Virus record (IMG/VR): IMGVR_UViG_3300027112_000002
Location: 1-59,669 of that record
Direction: 5' to 3' (one strand)
DNA: 59,669 nucleotides
Source: a virus
Taxonomy: Duplodnaviria > Caudoviricetes
The position numbers and the translations under genes are program-made. This document shows positions 8,794 to 17,133 of the stretch, in pieces (position 1 is the first letter of the stretch; every line of letters starts with the position of its first letter). Below the pieces are notes generated by a model. That model did not search any database. It saw only the letters and a program-made list of their open reading frames with translations, and was not told the DNA's origin.

Positions 8794-11700
8794 ATGGCTA
8801 TTATTAGAGTACCCCAAGACAATTTTCACAAATACACGGTAGTGACCGGCTCAGGTGCGTATAACCTCCCAAAGGATGACGTAGATACCATGTATGGCCC
8901 TGGATGGCCCATTGCCCCCATCGCCCGCCCGGAAGACAACAATATACCCAGAGAAATTGATTATCCCGTGGCCATCAATGCCACACTGCAACCCAGGATT
9001 GGGTATGAGGGATTAATGCCCACTGCAGCGCTAAAAGCTGCATACACTAATGTCACCGAAGTGTCCACTCCCGTTAATCTCCTAATACGAGAATTGTCGG
9101 GGTTCGTGCCAATGTTGAAGAACAAGAAGACCAAACAAAAAATATCCAATGATCATCCATATAATTGGATGACTTTATATCCGGATAGAGTCACCCCATT
9201 TAATGTGTGGCTATCCAGATATAAGAAAAGCGCCAAAATATATGCTGCCCCCGCTTTCTTCAAACGAAAGAACAGCAAGGGGGAGACGGACGCCATGGAG
9301 TATATTGATGGGTCCACGTTGTTTTTGATAGTCAATTCGAGGGGCAAGCTGCCCGAGCCCGGAGAAGTGGACCCGGAAGTATTGATGCATATTGAAGCCA
9401 TAAGGCATGGTATAAAAAATGTTGGGGATGACAGATTTTTATCTGCCATGCCACAAGTGGCCAGAAATTATCTGGACAGGGCGAGGAAGCGAATAATTGA
9501 GGGGAAGGAATTACCAATAACTACCCCTGCGTTCACTCAGATAATTAAGGGTATACCTTTCTCATTTTGGGATAAATCACAAATATATTTCGTTCCTGAG
9601 CCCCCTGCCCCTGCTGTAGATAGTCCGTATGGCGAAGTTTATATAGAGAGATCATGGCCATGGATTCAGCTGGTGGCTCTGCTTACCGCTTTTGAGTTGG
9701 GCCATTATAGAACGGGGAATATGCCCGAGGGGTTTGCGGCCATGCCCAAGGAATGGTTCCCCACTATGACTAAGTTGGCGCTGGCTGAAAAGGAATTCAA
9801 TGCTCGCATGGCATCTGGTTCCCAGACCCAACACTCCAGAATTCGTTTTGGTCCTGAGGGTATGAAGTACATACCCACCAAAAAGCCCGATTTCCCCGAC
9901 AAATTGTATGCCACTGCTCGCCACAACATATATTATGCCCTGGGTGTTCCGACTTCCGAAATTGGGGAAAGGTCATCCCGTGGGTTGGGTGGAAAGGGGT
10001 TCGAACAAGGGGCTGCGCACGACATGACCCGCCAAATTCTTGAGGCCGAGAAGACATCCGTGGAAGGAGCCTTTAATAGTGTATTGGAGGACAATGGTGT
10101 AGACGATGCCGAATTTTATCTGGACTATCCCCAGGAAGAAATCGACCCCTCCATGCAACAGGAAGCCCTATGGAATCAGCTGATTCATGGCAGTATGACT
10201 CTAAACGATGTATTGACTGCACAAAATAAGGAAGTAATTGGAACAATAGAGGACAAGGATAATATTGCCAACATGCATTTGATCGTAACCGGGTCTTCGG
10301 TATATGTTCTGGAGAAAGTGGTAGCGGATGACACTGGGTTGGTGGCTCCATCTAACAAGCAGTCCGCGGAAGCCGGTGGCAGCCCCGTTGGCCCCGAGGA
10401 TGGAATTACCGAAGGAAAGGAACACACACCTGAGGATGTAAAAACAGTTAAGAAATTGATGTCCCAACTGGAACTATCAAATGGGAAAAACCTGGGGTCG
10501 GTCCATTATTCACTCCCTGCAATGGAAAAGTCGCACCCCAAGAATAAATGTTTTAATTGCAATAAGCCCCCCACAAAAGACGTATCTTATGCGATGGCTT
10601 TTGGACGAATATGGTTGTGCGATGAGCACTTTAAGGAATTCAAATCCAAAACCAAAAGCAAAATATATGTGCACGACATAAATGGGGTAGCTCCCGATAA
10701 ATGGAAGAAGTTGGAAAAAAGTGAAGAATATGAGCCAGTTGAACCGCCCCATGGGGTAGAATTGGAACAGTGGCGTATGGGTATGGAGGAGGAACAGAAG
10801 CATGCCACCACCTTTAATGGGGACCAACAAGTAATATCCCGTTTGGTAGTCAATAATTTGAAGACTGACCCGGCATACTATACCCATCAAGAGGTAAAAA
10901 GAGCCAGACAGGAGCCACTTGTAAAACATGCTGGCCCAACTGTGGCTGGACTGGCTGTCTTAGCAGCAGATACCAATAGAGTATTGATGTTGCAGCGAGC
11001 CCTGGGAGTTGAAGATGACCCAGCTGCGGGCACCTGGGAATTTCCGGGAGGGCACGTAGAAGGTAGTGAAACACCCTTCGATGCGGCTAAACGGGAGTGG
11101 ACCGAGGAAACCGGCCTGTCCCTTCCAGATGGCCAATGTGTTTGCGAATGGAACACTTTTGATGGAGTGTATAGGGGATATGTATATTTAATAGAGTCGG
11201 AAGATAAATTGGATATACATGATGATAGGAAATCCATTAATCCTGATGACCCGGATGGTGATAACACTGAATCCATTGCATGGTGGCAAATATCCCAGCT
11301 TAGGAATAACTCATCCCTAAGGCGAGAGTTGTCTGCAGATATATTCCATGTGGAAGAGGCCCTATCACGAGCCACAGAGAAAATGGAAAAAATAGACTGG
11401 GTCGAATATTTCAAGCATTGTGGTGTGTGCCCAGGGGATGAGCAATATTTCAACTCTCCCATATCTAGAATAGCTACTTCTTCTGCCCCCTTTGATGAGC
11501 ATTATGGGATGTCGGAATTGGTGCACATGAGTCCACCTGGACTGGAACCCATGCCCGCCTTGTGGATGGCTGAGGGGGAGGAGACAGCTTCGGATATGTT
11601 GGGTCCCCGATATTTAAGGGAGGAGGCTGCGTGGTTATTATCCCAGTCTCTCGATTTCCCGTTGGTTCCCCTAGCCTTTGTATCAGAAATTGACCACGAG

Positions 11701-12135
11701 CAGGGGGCAGCGGTATGGGCTGTACATGGAACCGGCATCACTCCCCATAAGGATATATCCAAATATGGAGAGGGATATTTGGAACAAGCGGGCATTCTGG
11801 ACCACATCATGGGACAGAGGGGAAGAGACATAATTCAAAATTATGTGACTCACCCTGACGATAATTCCAGGATGGTCTTAATAAACAACGGTCAAAGTTT
11901 TTCCGGAGATGGACAGGATAGAGTGTTATCCGTATTCTGCCAGAACATGATCGGTAAACCAATATCGGAGGCATCTTTGGCTTCCGTGGAAATGTGCTTG
12001 GGAGACGCTGCAACATGGAGTGATATTTTGGAAGTATTGTCCTCTGGAGACAATGCTGCCAATGCCGAATTGGCTGTTGCCGCTGCCAAAGCACGCGCAC
12101 AATCCATATTGGACAATAAATCTTTGAATCTATAG
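8794..12135 (+). CDS. Portal protein fused to Zn-finger, DUF5661-like, Nudix hydrolase and PI3/4-kinase-like pseudokinase domains
   Basis: Position after terL; portal motifs (YIDGSTL, YGEVYIE, GNMPEG, GVPTSEIG, MTLNDV); intact Nudix box GGHVEGSETPFDAAKREWTEETGL; REEAAWLLSQSLDFPLVP. Confidence 0.85.
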   Translation: MAIIRVPQDNFHKYTVVTGSGAYNLPKDDVDTMYGPGWPIAPIARPEDNNIPREIDYPVAINATLQPRIGYEGLMPTAALKAAYTNVTEVSTPVNLLIRELSGFVPMLKNKKTKQKISNDHPYNWMTLYPDRVTPFNVWLSRYKKSAKIYAAPAFFKRKNSKGETDAMEYIDGSTLFLIVNSRGKLPEPGEVDPEVLMHIEAIRHGIKNVGDDRFLSAMPQVARNYLDRARKRIIEGKELPITTPAFTQIIKGIPFSFWDKSQIYFVPEPPAPAVDSPYGEVYIERSWPWIQLVALLTAFELGHYRTGNMPEGFAAMPKEWFPTMTKLALAEKEFNARMASGSQTQHSRIRFGPEGMKYIPTKKPDFPDKLYATARHNIYYALGVPTSEIGERSSRGLGGKGFEQGAAHDMTRQILEAEKTSVEGAFNSVLEDNGVDDAEFYLDYPQEEIDPSMQQEALWNQLIHGSMTLNDVLTAQNKEVIGTIEDKDNIANMHLIVTGSSVYVLEKVVADDTGLVAPSNKQSAEAGGSPVGPEDGITEGKEHTPEDVKTVKKLMSQLELSNGKNLGSVHYSLPAMEKSHPKNKCFNCNKPPTKDVSYAMAFGRIWLCDEHFKEFKSKTKSKIYVHDINGVAPDKWKKLEKSEEYEPVEPPHGVELEQWRMGMEEEQKHATTFNGDQQVISRLVVNNLKTDPAYYTHQEVKRARQEPLVKHAGPTVAGLAVLAADTNRVLMLQRALGVEDDPAAGTWEFPGGHVEGSETPFDAAKREWTEETGLSLPDGQCVCEWNTFDGVYRGYVYLIESEDKLDIHDDRKSINPDDPDGDNTESIAWWQISQLRNNSSLRRELSADIFHVEEALSRATEKMEKIDWVEYFKHCGVCPGDEQYFNSPISRIATSSAPFDEHYGMSELVHMSPPGLEPMPALWMAEGEETASDMLGPRYLREEAAWLLSQSLDFPLVPLAFVSEIDHEQGAAVWAVHGTGITPHKDISKYGEGYLEQAGILDHIMGQRGRDIIQNYVTHPDDNSRMVLINNGQSFSGDGQDRVLSVFCQNMIGKPISEASLASVEMCLGDAATWSDILEVLSSGDNAANAELAVAAAKARAQSILDNKSLNL

Positions 12136-12153
12136 GAGAAAAAGGAGTAGGCA

Positions 12154-12993
12154 ATGAATTACAAGAATGAGCAAGTGTCTCCCCCCGGGGAGACGGACTT
12201 TGATCTGGCGGGTAGCCTTGCATGGGTGGTGGAAAACTTAACCTTTGCCCTAGGCATGGCCCTCATGTTTTCCAAGACTGTTGATTTGATGGCCGCTTTT
12301 GCCCCTGCTACCATATTTGGGTATTCAGGGGTCGCCCTGTTCTATGGGTTAGCTGTTGGGGTGCTTATTGAAGGAGCGCTGTTTGTTATGAAACTCACTC
12401 TGCCCAGAGCCAAGAATGTAGTTGACTGGCTGTGGACGGTGGTGGTTATAGTTACTCCATTTTTGATAAGCGCCCTGGCTCAGGTGTTCGATTCATTCAG
12501 GGTGGGAGATGCCTTGAAGGAACAACCGCAAGAAATCCAGACATTTATCAGCTGGTTCGTTCCATCGATTCCCACGATTATTATGGCATTGTTGTTAGGG
12601 AAATCCATATTCTCTTCAATACCTAAGGAGTTGATGCAACAAAAGCCCACGTCTGCTATTGCTCCCTCTCTTACCCCTGTCACATTATCGTCACCTAAAC
12701 CTGATCATGGCGACCAACTGATGAAGAGGTTAAAGAATTCCAGATTCGTAGGCAGATTCATGTCACCTCCCAAGAAACAAAAGGTGGCACAGGCTACAGA
12801 CTCACCTATACATCCACCTACATTGTGTGCTGTGTGTCGTGCTGAATTGCCTTTCATTGAATATGGTAGCAAGATAGGCAAGGACAGTAAGCCAGCCAAA
12901 TGGCCAATTTATGAGAAATGTGTCAATCCGAAATGTACAACTGGGCGCAAAAATTTGGGGCTGCCAAAAGCGTTGCCCGGGAGCCAAGTATGA
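12154..12993 (+). CDS. Multi-pass membrane protein with C-terminal zinc ribbon
   Basis: About 4 hydrophobic helices; CAVC...CVNPKC domain shared with gene 45355-45945. Confidence 0.75.
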   Translation: MNYKNEQVSPPGETDFDLAGSLAWVVENLTFALGMALMFSKTVDLMAAFAPATIFGYSGVALFYGLAVGVLIEGALFVMKLTLPRAKNVVDWLWTVVVIVTPFLISALAQVFDSFRVGDALKEQPQEIQTFISWFVPSIPTIIMALLLGKSIFSSIPKELMQQKPTSAIAPSLTPVTLSSPKPDHGDQLMKRLKNSRFVGRFMSPPKKQKVAQATDSPIHPPTLCAVCRAELPFIEYGSKIGKDSKPAKWPIYEKCVNPKCTTGRKNLGLPKALPGSQV

Positions 12994-13397
12994 GAAAGAT
13001 ACTGGCGACACTGTTGTTAATAATGGCTTCCCTGGCCTGTCAAAAAACCCCGGACTACGTTGTTAGAGGGTGGACTGAAACCCCTTCGGCTGTAGTGGGC
13101 ACCAGCACTCTTCCCGTTGGTCCTACCATTATACTTGTTACAGCTACTCCTGCCCAATATGAGGCTTCTGTAATAGCGGATATATTGGAGATACGTAAGG
13201 GACCGGGCACCAAATACCCCTCCAGTCCTGACTATCTTTCTAAGGGGGAGACAATATTGGTTATGGAGTGCCAGTATGACCAACTAGGCGAAGCATGGGT
13301 TAGATTTGTCAGGATTAGAGACAATCTGACTGGGTGGTCCGCTGTGACCCAGCGCAACTCAATATTTATTAGGCCCATGCCGGGTAGGTGTGAATGA
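12990..13397 (+). CDS. Lipoprotein with SH3b-like domain
   Basis: Signal peptide ending SLAC; LEIRKGPGTKY...LSKGE...W...GW SH3b pattern. Confidence 0.75.
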   Translation: MRKILATLLLIMASLACQKTPDYVVRGWTETPSAVVGTSTLPVGPTIILVTATPAQYEASVIADILEIRKGPGTKYPSSPDYLSKGETILVMECQYDQLGEAWVRFVRIRDNLTGWSAVTQRNSIFIRPMPGRCE

Positions 13398-15187
13398 ACC
13401 AGATAGACTTTTTTTGTAGAAGTGCATATTATCTGGACCATATGATACCTGTATGGGATGCCATACATCCAGATAATAGGGGGGATTTCTATCTGTCCTC
13501 CCACTGTGCAGAGGAAGCCAGGAAGTATCCTCACATACAATTCATGGCCTATATGGAGGGGGGCCAATGTGGAGACGGCCCCATATTGACAGCTTCCTAT
13601 GGGGACGCTACCCGTGCTTTAGAATGTAATGACAGGCGGCCTGTTATACTTATAGAACATGGAGCGGGTTTGACTTTTGGAAAGGCAGCATATGCCGACG
13701 GGTTGGGGCAGAGAACCAAAATGTCCCTGCTGCCCGTTCAAAACAGTTATATATTGAACAAGGTACACCCCGAGTTGAAGCACATACCCCACCCTATAGT
13801 GGGTATGCCTAAATTGGACCCCTGGGCGGGAAAATTTGCCAAACATATTATGGGCAAGAACCCCACTGTGGCCATATCGTTCCATCATGGTACCAAAAAT
13901 TCCAGGCCGGCAGAGATAGGCAGTGCTGGAGAGCATTATATTGGAGTGCTGCCTGAGTTGGCTGGTAAATTTAATCTAATAGTACATGCCCACCCCATCA
14001 TATCCAGAGACATGAAGGAATATTGTAGGTCCATGGGATTGCCCTTTGTGGCTGACTTCAATGAGGTAATGCGCAGGGCGGACATTTACATAAATGATGC
14101 CAGTTCCACCCTGTATGAATTTATGGTAACGGGAAAGCCGGTGATTATATTGAATGCCCCGTGGTTCGACAGGAAAGCCAATTGGGGCCTTAGATTTTGG
14201 GATTTTACTGACATTGGTCCCCAGGTGGATTATCCGGACCAGCTTATCGAAACTGTAGAAAGGGTAGTAACTGGCCCCGACACTTTTAGACCCAATCGAT
14301 CGAAAGCAGTATCCAGGCTGTTCCCCTATTTGGGTTCCTCTGCGCAGCGAATGGCCGATGAAATAAGCAAACATTTAAAATTTAAGAAATCTACCACTCA
14401 TATACCGTCTATTCAGCCTAAAACCACCTTCATATCTAAAATGCTGCCAATAAAGGCCTCCATGGACCAGGGTATACTATATATGGCTTTTGGCGATAAG
14501 GCAAGGGAGGAGATGGAGAACAGCATTACCACTCTAAGGAACACCAACAATGTACTGCCTGTGTGTGTCCTTGGGGACGAGGCGGGTATGTCCTCAGACC
14601 CGAGTGTATATGGAATTTCTACCCATATTCCCTGGAAGGGAGAGTCGCCTTTTGATAAAGATAAGGCCAACGGGTTCCAATTTAGAGCCGGCAGAGTAAA
14701 GCCCTTCATATATGGCCTTTCTCCCTTTAAAGAAACACTGTACATGGATTCGGATACCCGTTTTCTGAAAAGGCCAGACAAAATATTTGGGTTTCTCAAC
14801 TCCTGGGATTTCGTGATAGCCCAGGAACGCCTATCAGTGTCTCAGTTGTACAATAAACCCAGGGCCGGATGGGCACATAATTTGGAAGAGAGGGATGCTA
14901 CTGTGGAAGAATTTGGGGGCGATGGAAATTTCCCATTTTGGAATTCCGGGGTTTTCCTATTTAAGAAAAATAAGGCTGTTGAAGACCTGTTTAAACACTG
15001 GCACAGAGAATGGATGAGATGGCAGCAATGGGATGAGCAATTGTCTCTAATGCGAGCCGCCAATCGATCTAAAGTGAGGGTGTTCGTATTATCTGAGATA
15101 TGGAATTTTCCACATGAACAGGGAGCCGAAATAATACTTCATCTATATGGCCGTGGTGCGGCCCGAATCCAAAAGGAGAAAATATGA
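13394..15187 (+). CDS. Two-domain glycosyltransferase (CDP-glycerol glycerophosphotransferase-like GT-B plus GT-A)
   Basis: EHG, GMPKLD, HAHP, ADIYINDASSTLYEF..TGKPVI; then LYMDSD (DxD), NSGVFLF, DEQLSL. Confidence 0.85.
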   Translation: MNQIDFFCRSAYYLDHMIPVWDAIHPDNRGDFYLSSHCAEEARKYPHIQFMAYMEGGQCGDGPILTASYGDATRALECNDRRPVILIEHGAGLTFGKAAYADGLGQRTKMSLLPVQNSYILNKVHPELKHIPHPIVGMPKLDPWAGKFAKHIMGKNPTVAISFHHGTKNSRPAEIGSAGEHYIGVLPELAGKFNLIVHAHPIISRDMKEYCRSMGLPFVADFNEVMRRADIYINDASSTLYEFMVTGKPVIILNAPWFDRKANWGLRFWDFTDIGPQVDYPDQLIETVERVVTGPDTFRPNRSKAVSRLFPYLGSSAQRMADEISKHLKFKKSTTHIPSIQPKTTFISKMLPIKASMDQGILYMAFGDKAREEMENSITTLRNTNNVLPVCVLGDEAGMSSDPSVYGISTHIPWKGESPFDKDKANGFQFRAGRVKPFIYGLSPFKETLYMDSDTRFLKRPDKIFGFLNSWDFVIAQERLSVSQLYNKPRAGWAHNLEERDATVEEFGGDGNFPFWNSGVFLFKKNKAVEDLFKHWHREWMRWQQWDEQLSLMRAANRSKVRVFVLSEIWNFPHEQGAEIILHLYGRGAARIQKEKI

Positions 15188-15753
15188 AAAAGAGCATTGA
15201 AGAAATAATTAAGATGGCAGAGCCTGTGCGTCCGTTGACCGAGATAATAGAACGGGAGTGTTTAGCCCGTCTGGCTCAGGAGGTTGATCACAACGGGAAG
15301 TCCATCGTGGAAATTGGGTGTTTATATGGAGGAATGACTGCAGTTTTAGGTATTGCTGCTCCTAATTCTCAAATAACCACCATCGACGATTTCAGCTGGC
15401 ACCCGGAAGATGACGTACCAACCAGCGCTGATCTTTTGCTTAGCAACATGAAGAAAGTGGGGGTATCCAACGTCCAGGTATTGGAAGGAGACAGTCGGCG
15501 GATTGGTATAAACTGGTTCTCCCCCATCGATCTTCTATGGGTGGATGGTGGACACAGCTACGACTATGTATTCATGGATTTGATGTTGTTCGGAGTACGA
15601 GCTAAGACTATAGCCTTGCATGATTTTGGTAATCCTTTTTGGGCCACTATCAAACAGGCCATTGAAGATTTCTTGCGTCTGACAGATGGAATGTTCATAC
15701 TATCAGAGGTCGCAGGAACTGTAGCTGTGCTGCGAAGAACAGAGGGCAGATAA
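15184..15753 (+). CDS. Class I SAM methyltransferase (Methyltransf_24-like)
   Basis: VEIGCLYGG, IDLLWVDGGHSY, IALHD. Confidence 0.9.
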   Translation: MKKSIEEIIKMAEPVRPLTEIIERECLARLAQEVDHNGKSIVEIGCLYGGMTAVLGIAAPNSQITTIDDFSWHPEDDVPTSADLLLSNMKKVGVSNVQVLEGDSRRIGINWFSPIDLLWVDGGHSYDYVFMDLMLFGVRAKTIALHDFGNPFWATIKQAIEDFLRLTDGMFILSEVAGTVAVLRRTEGR

Positions 15754-15763
15754 CAGGACCAGA

Positions 15764-16579
15764 ATGGCAAAAATGAGGTCTACCCAAAGAAGGAACAAAA
15801 TTATCACGGCCAGGGGCAAAGCCGAGGAAGAGGTAGCGCTTGCATTGGCCCCCGTTTTCAGGTCCCAGCATAAGAAATTGGAAAGGTTTCTTAGGAAGGC
15901 CAACTTAAAAAAGCGGATGAACAAAATAACTACGGTGGCTATTGTTGATAATCCGAATATTTCCATGGATGAGATTTCGAGTATAAAGGCTGTAGCCATA
16001 ATGAAGGCGGACATGGGGCCCAGTGATTGGGAAGAATGGCGAAGAGTGGCAATGGTTGCCATGGCAGCCGCTCTGGCTGGAATAGTGGCAGCCATGTTGA
16101 ATATAGAAAATGAGATGCTTCTATCCAGAGGATTAACCCCCATAGAATTAACTGTTCCCGAATTGATAGCTGCTTATGAGCAATATACTAATTCATCCTT
16201 TGGCGATGCATTGGATTCCACAATGAGGGGCATTGAGAGAGAGTTGGCTCAATGGTATGCCATGGAAGAACCTTTTCCAATGCTAATGACCAGAATGAAT
16301 AAATGGTTTGACAGGAATAGAATAGAATTGATAGCCCAAATGGTGGTGGGGCGAATAATAAATCAGGCCACTTTGAAAACGATGCGGGTTAATGGGTGGT
16401 CCCAATGGTATTGGGATGCAACGGGAGAGAAACCCTGTTCAGTACCCCTGGCAATAAATGGACAACAGTATGAGGGATGCATAGATTTGCATGGAAGAAA
16501 GTTTTCCATTGGGGACCCAATGCCTCCTGACGCAGCCCATGCTCATTGCCATTGCCTTCCCTCCCCGGTCATGCAATGA
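15764..16579 (+). CDS. MuF-like head morphogenesis (minor capsid) protein
   Basis: RIELIA...WYWDA...C..LHG...PP..AHAHCHC (HPNCRC-like). Confidence 0.75.
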   Translation: MAKMRSTQRRNKIITARGKAEEEVALALAPVFRSQHKKLERFLRKANLKKRMNKITTVAIVDNPNISMDEISSIKAVAIMKADMGPSDWEEWRRVAMVAMAAALAGIVAAMLNIENEMLLSRGLTPIELTVPELIAAYEQYTNSSFGDALDSTMRGIERELAQWYAMEEPFPMLMTRMNKWFDRNRIELIAQMVVGRIINQATLKTMRVNGWSQWYWDATGEKPCSVPLAINGQQYEGCIDLHGRKFSIGDPMPPDAAHAHCHCLPSPVMQ

Positions 16580-16583
16580 GAAA

Positions 16584-16612
16584 TTTACAAGAAAATAAAA
16601 CTGTAGTATACT
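16584..16612 (+). promoter_or_regulatory. Sigma70-type promoter
   Basis: TTTACA-17 bp-TATACT. Confidence 0.5.
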
Positions 16613-16633
16613 TGGCATTAAAGGAGATTTAAA

Positions 16634-17032
16634 ATGAAAATCAATAAAGTACTGTTTTGGGTTATGTTTCTGTTGGCAGTGTTGTTTGTCGTTCCTGTTG
16701 CCTTTGCTCAGGACACCACCCCTCCCCGCGTCGAGGATTTCAGTCTGGTTGCCCAGTTCATCATTGGCCTGGTTACCATCGTTGTTACTTTCGGCATCAA
16801 GCATGCTGCCAAGGAATGGGGCATCGATTTTTCAGGTAAAATCACTCAACTTGTAGCCACTATTGTTGGATTGATCTTTGAAACCTCAGACTCTCTGTTG
16901 GCCCTTATTCCTCCACAATATTATGGCATTGCGGTTGCGGTCTTCGGTGTGATCACTTCGGTATTACTTGCCTTTGGTGGTGCCTCCCTGTTGAAACGCG
17001 CAATCCCTTCCCTGTCGGCACCCAAAAAATAA
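16634..17032 (+). CDS. Membrane protein, holin-like
   Basis: Signal peptide (AFA) plus about 3 hydrophobic helices and a basic C-terminus. Confidence 0.6.
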   Translation: MKINKVLFWVMFLLAVLFVVPVAFAQDTTPPRVEDFSLVAQFIIGLVTIVVTFGIKHAAKEWGIDFSGKITQLVATIVGLIFETSDSLLALIPPQYYGIAVAVFGVITSVLLAFGGASLLKRAIPSLSAPKK

Positions 17033-17041
17033 TTCCATATC

Positions 17042-17070
17042 TTGTGCTTACCATCAAGGTATGGTAAAAT
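17042..17070 (+). promoter_or_regulatory. Promoter for protease/capsid genes
   Basis: TTGTGC-17 bp-TAAAAT with TG. Confidence 0.5.
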
Positions 17071-17133
17071 GTAGTATGTTTGGAGAGGCGGTTTCAGACT
17101 CCTGGGCCGCCTCCCAGCATATTACGGAGCATA

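Noticed and set aside
12990-13397. Endolysin
   Set aside because: Only a lipoprotein signal and an SH3b-like binding domain; no catalytic domain
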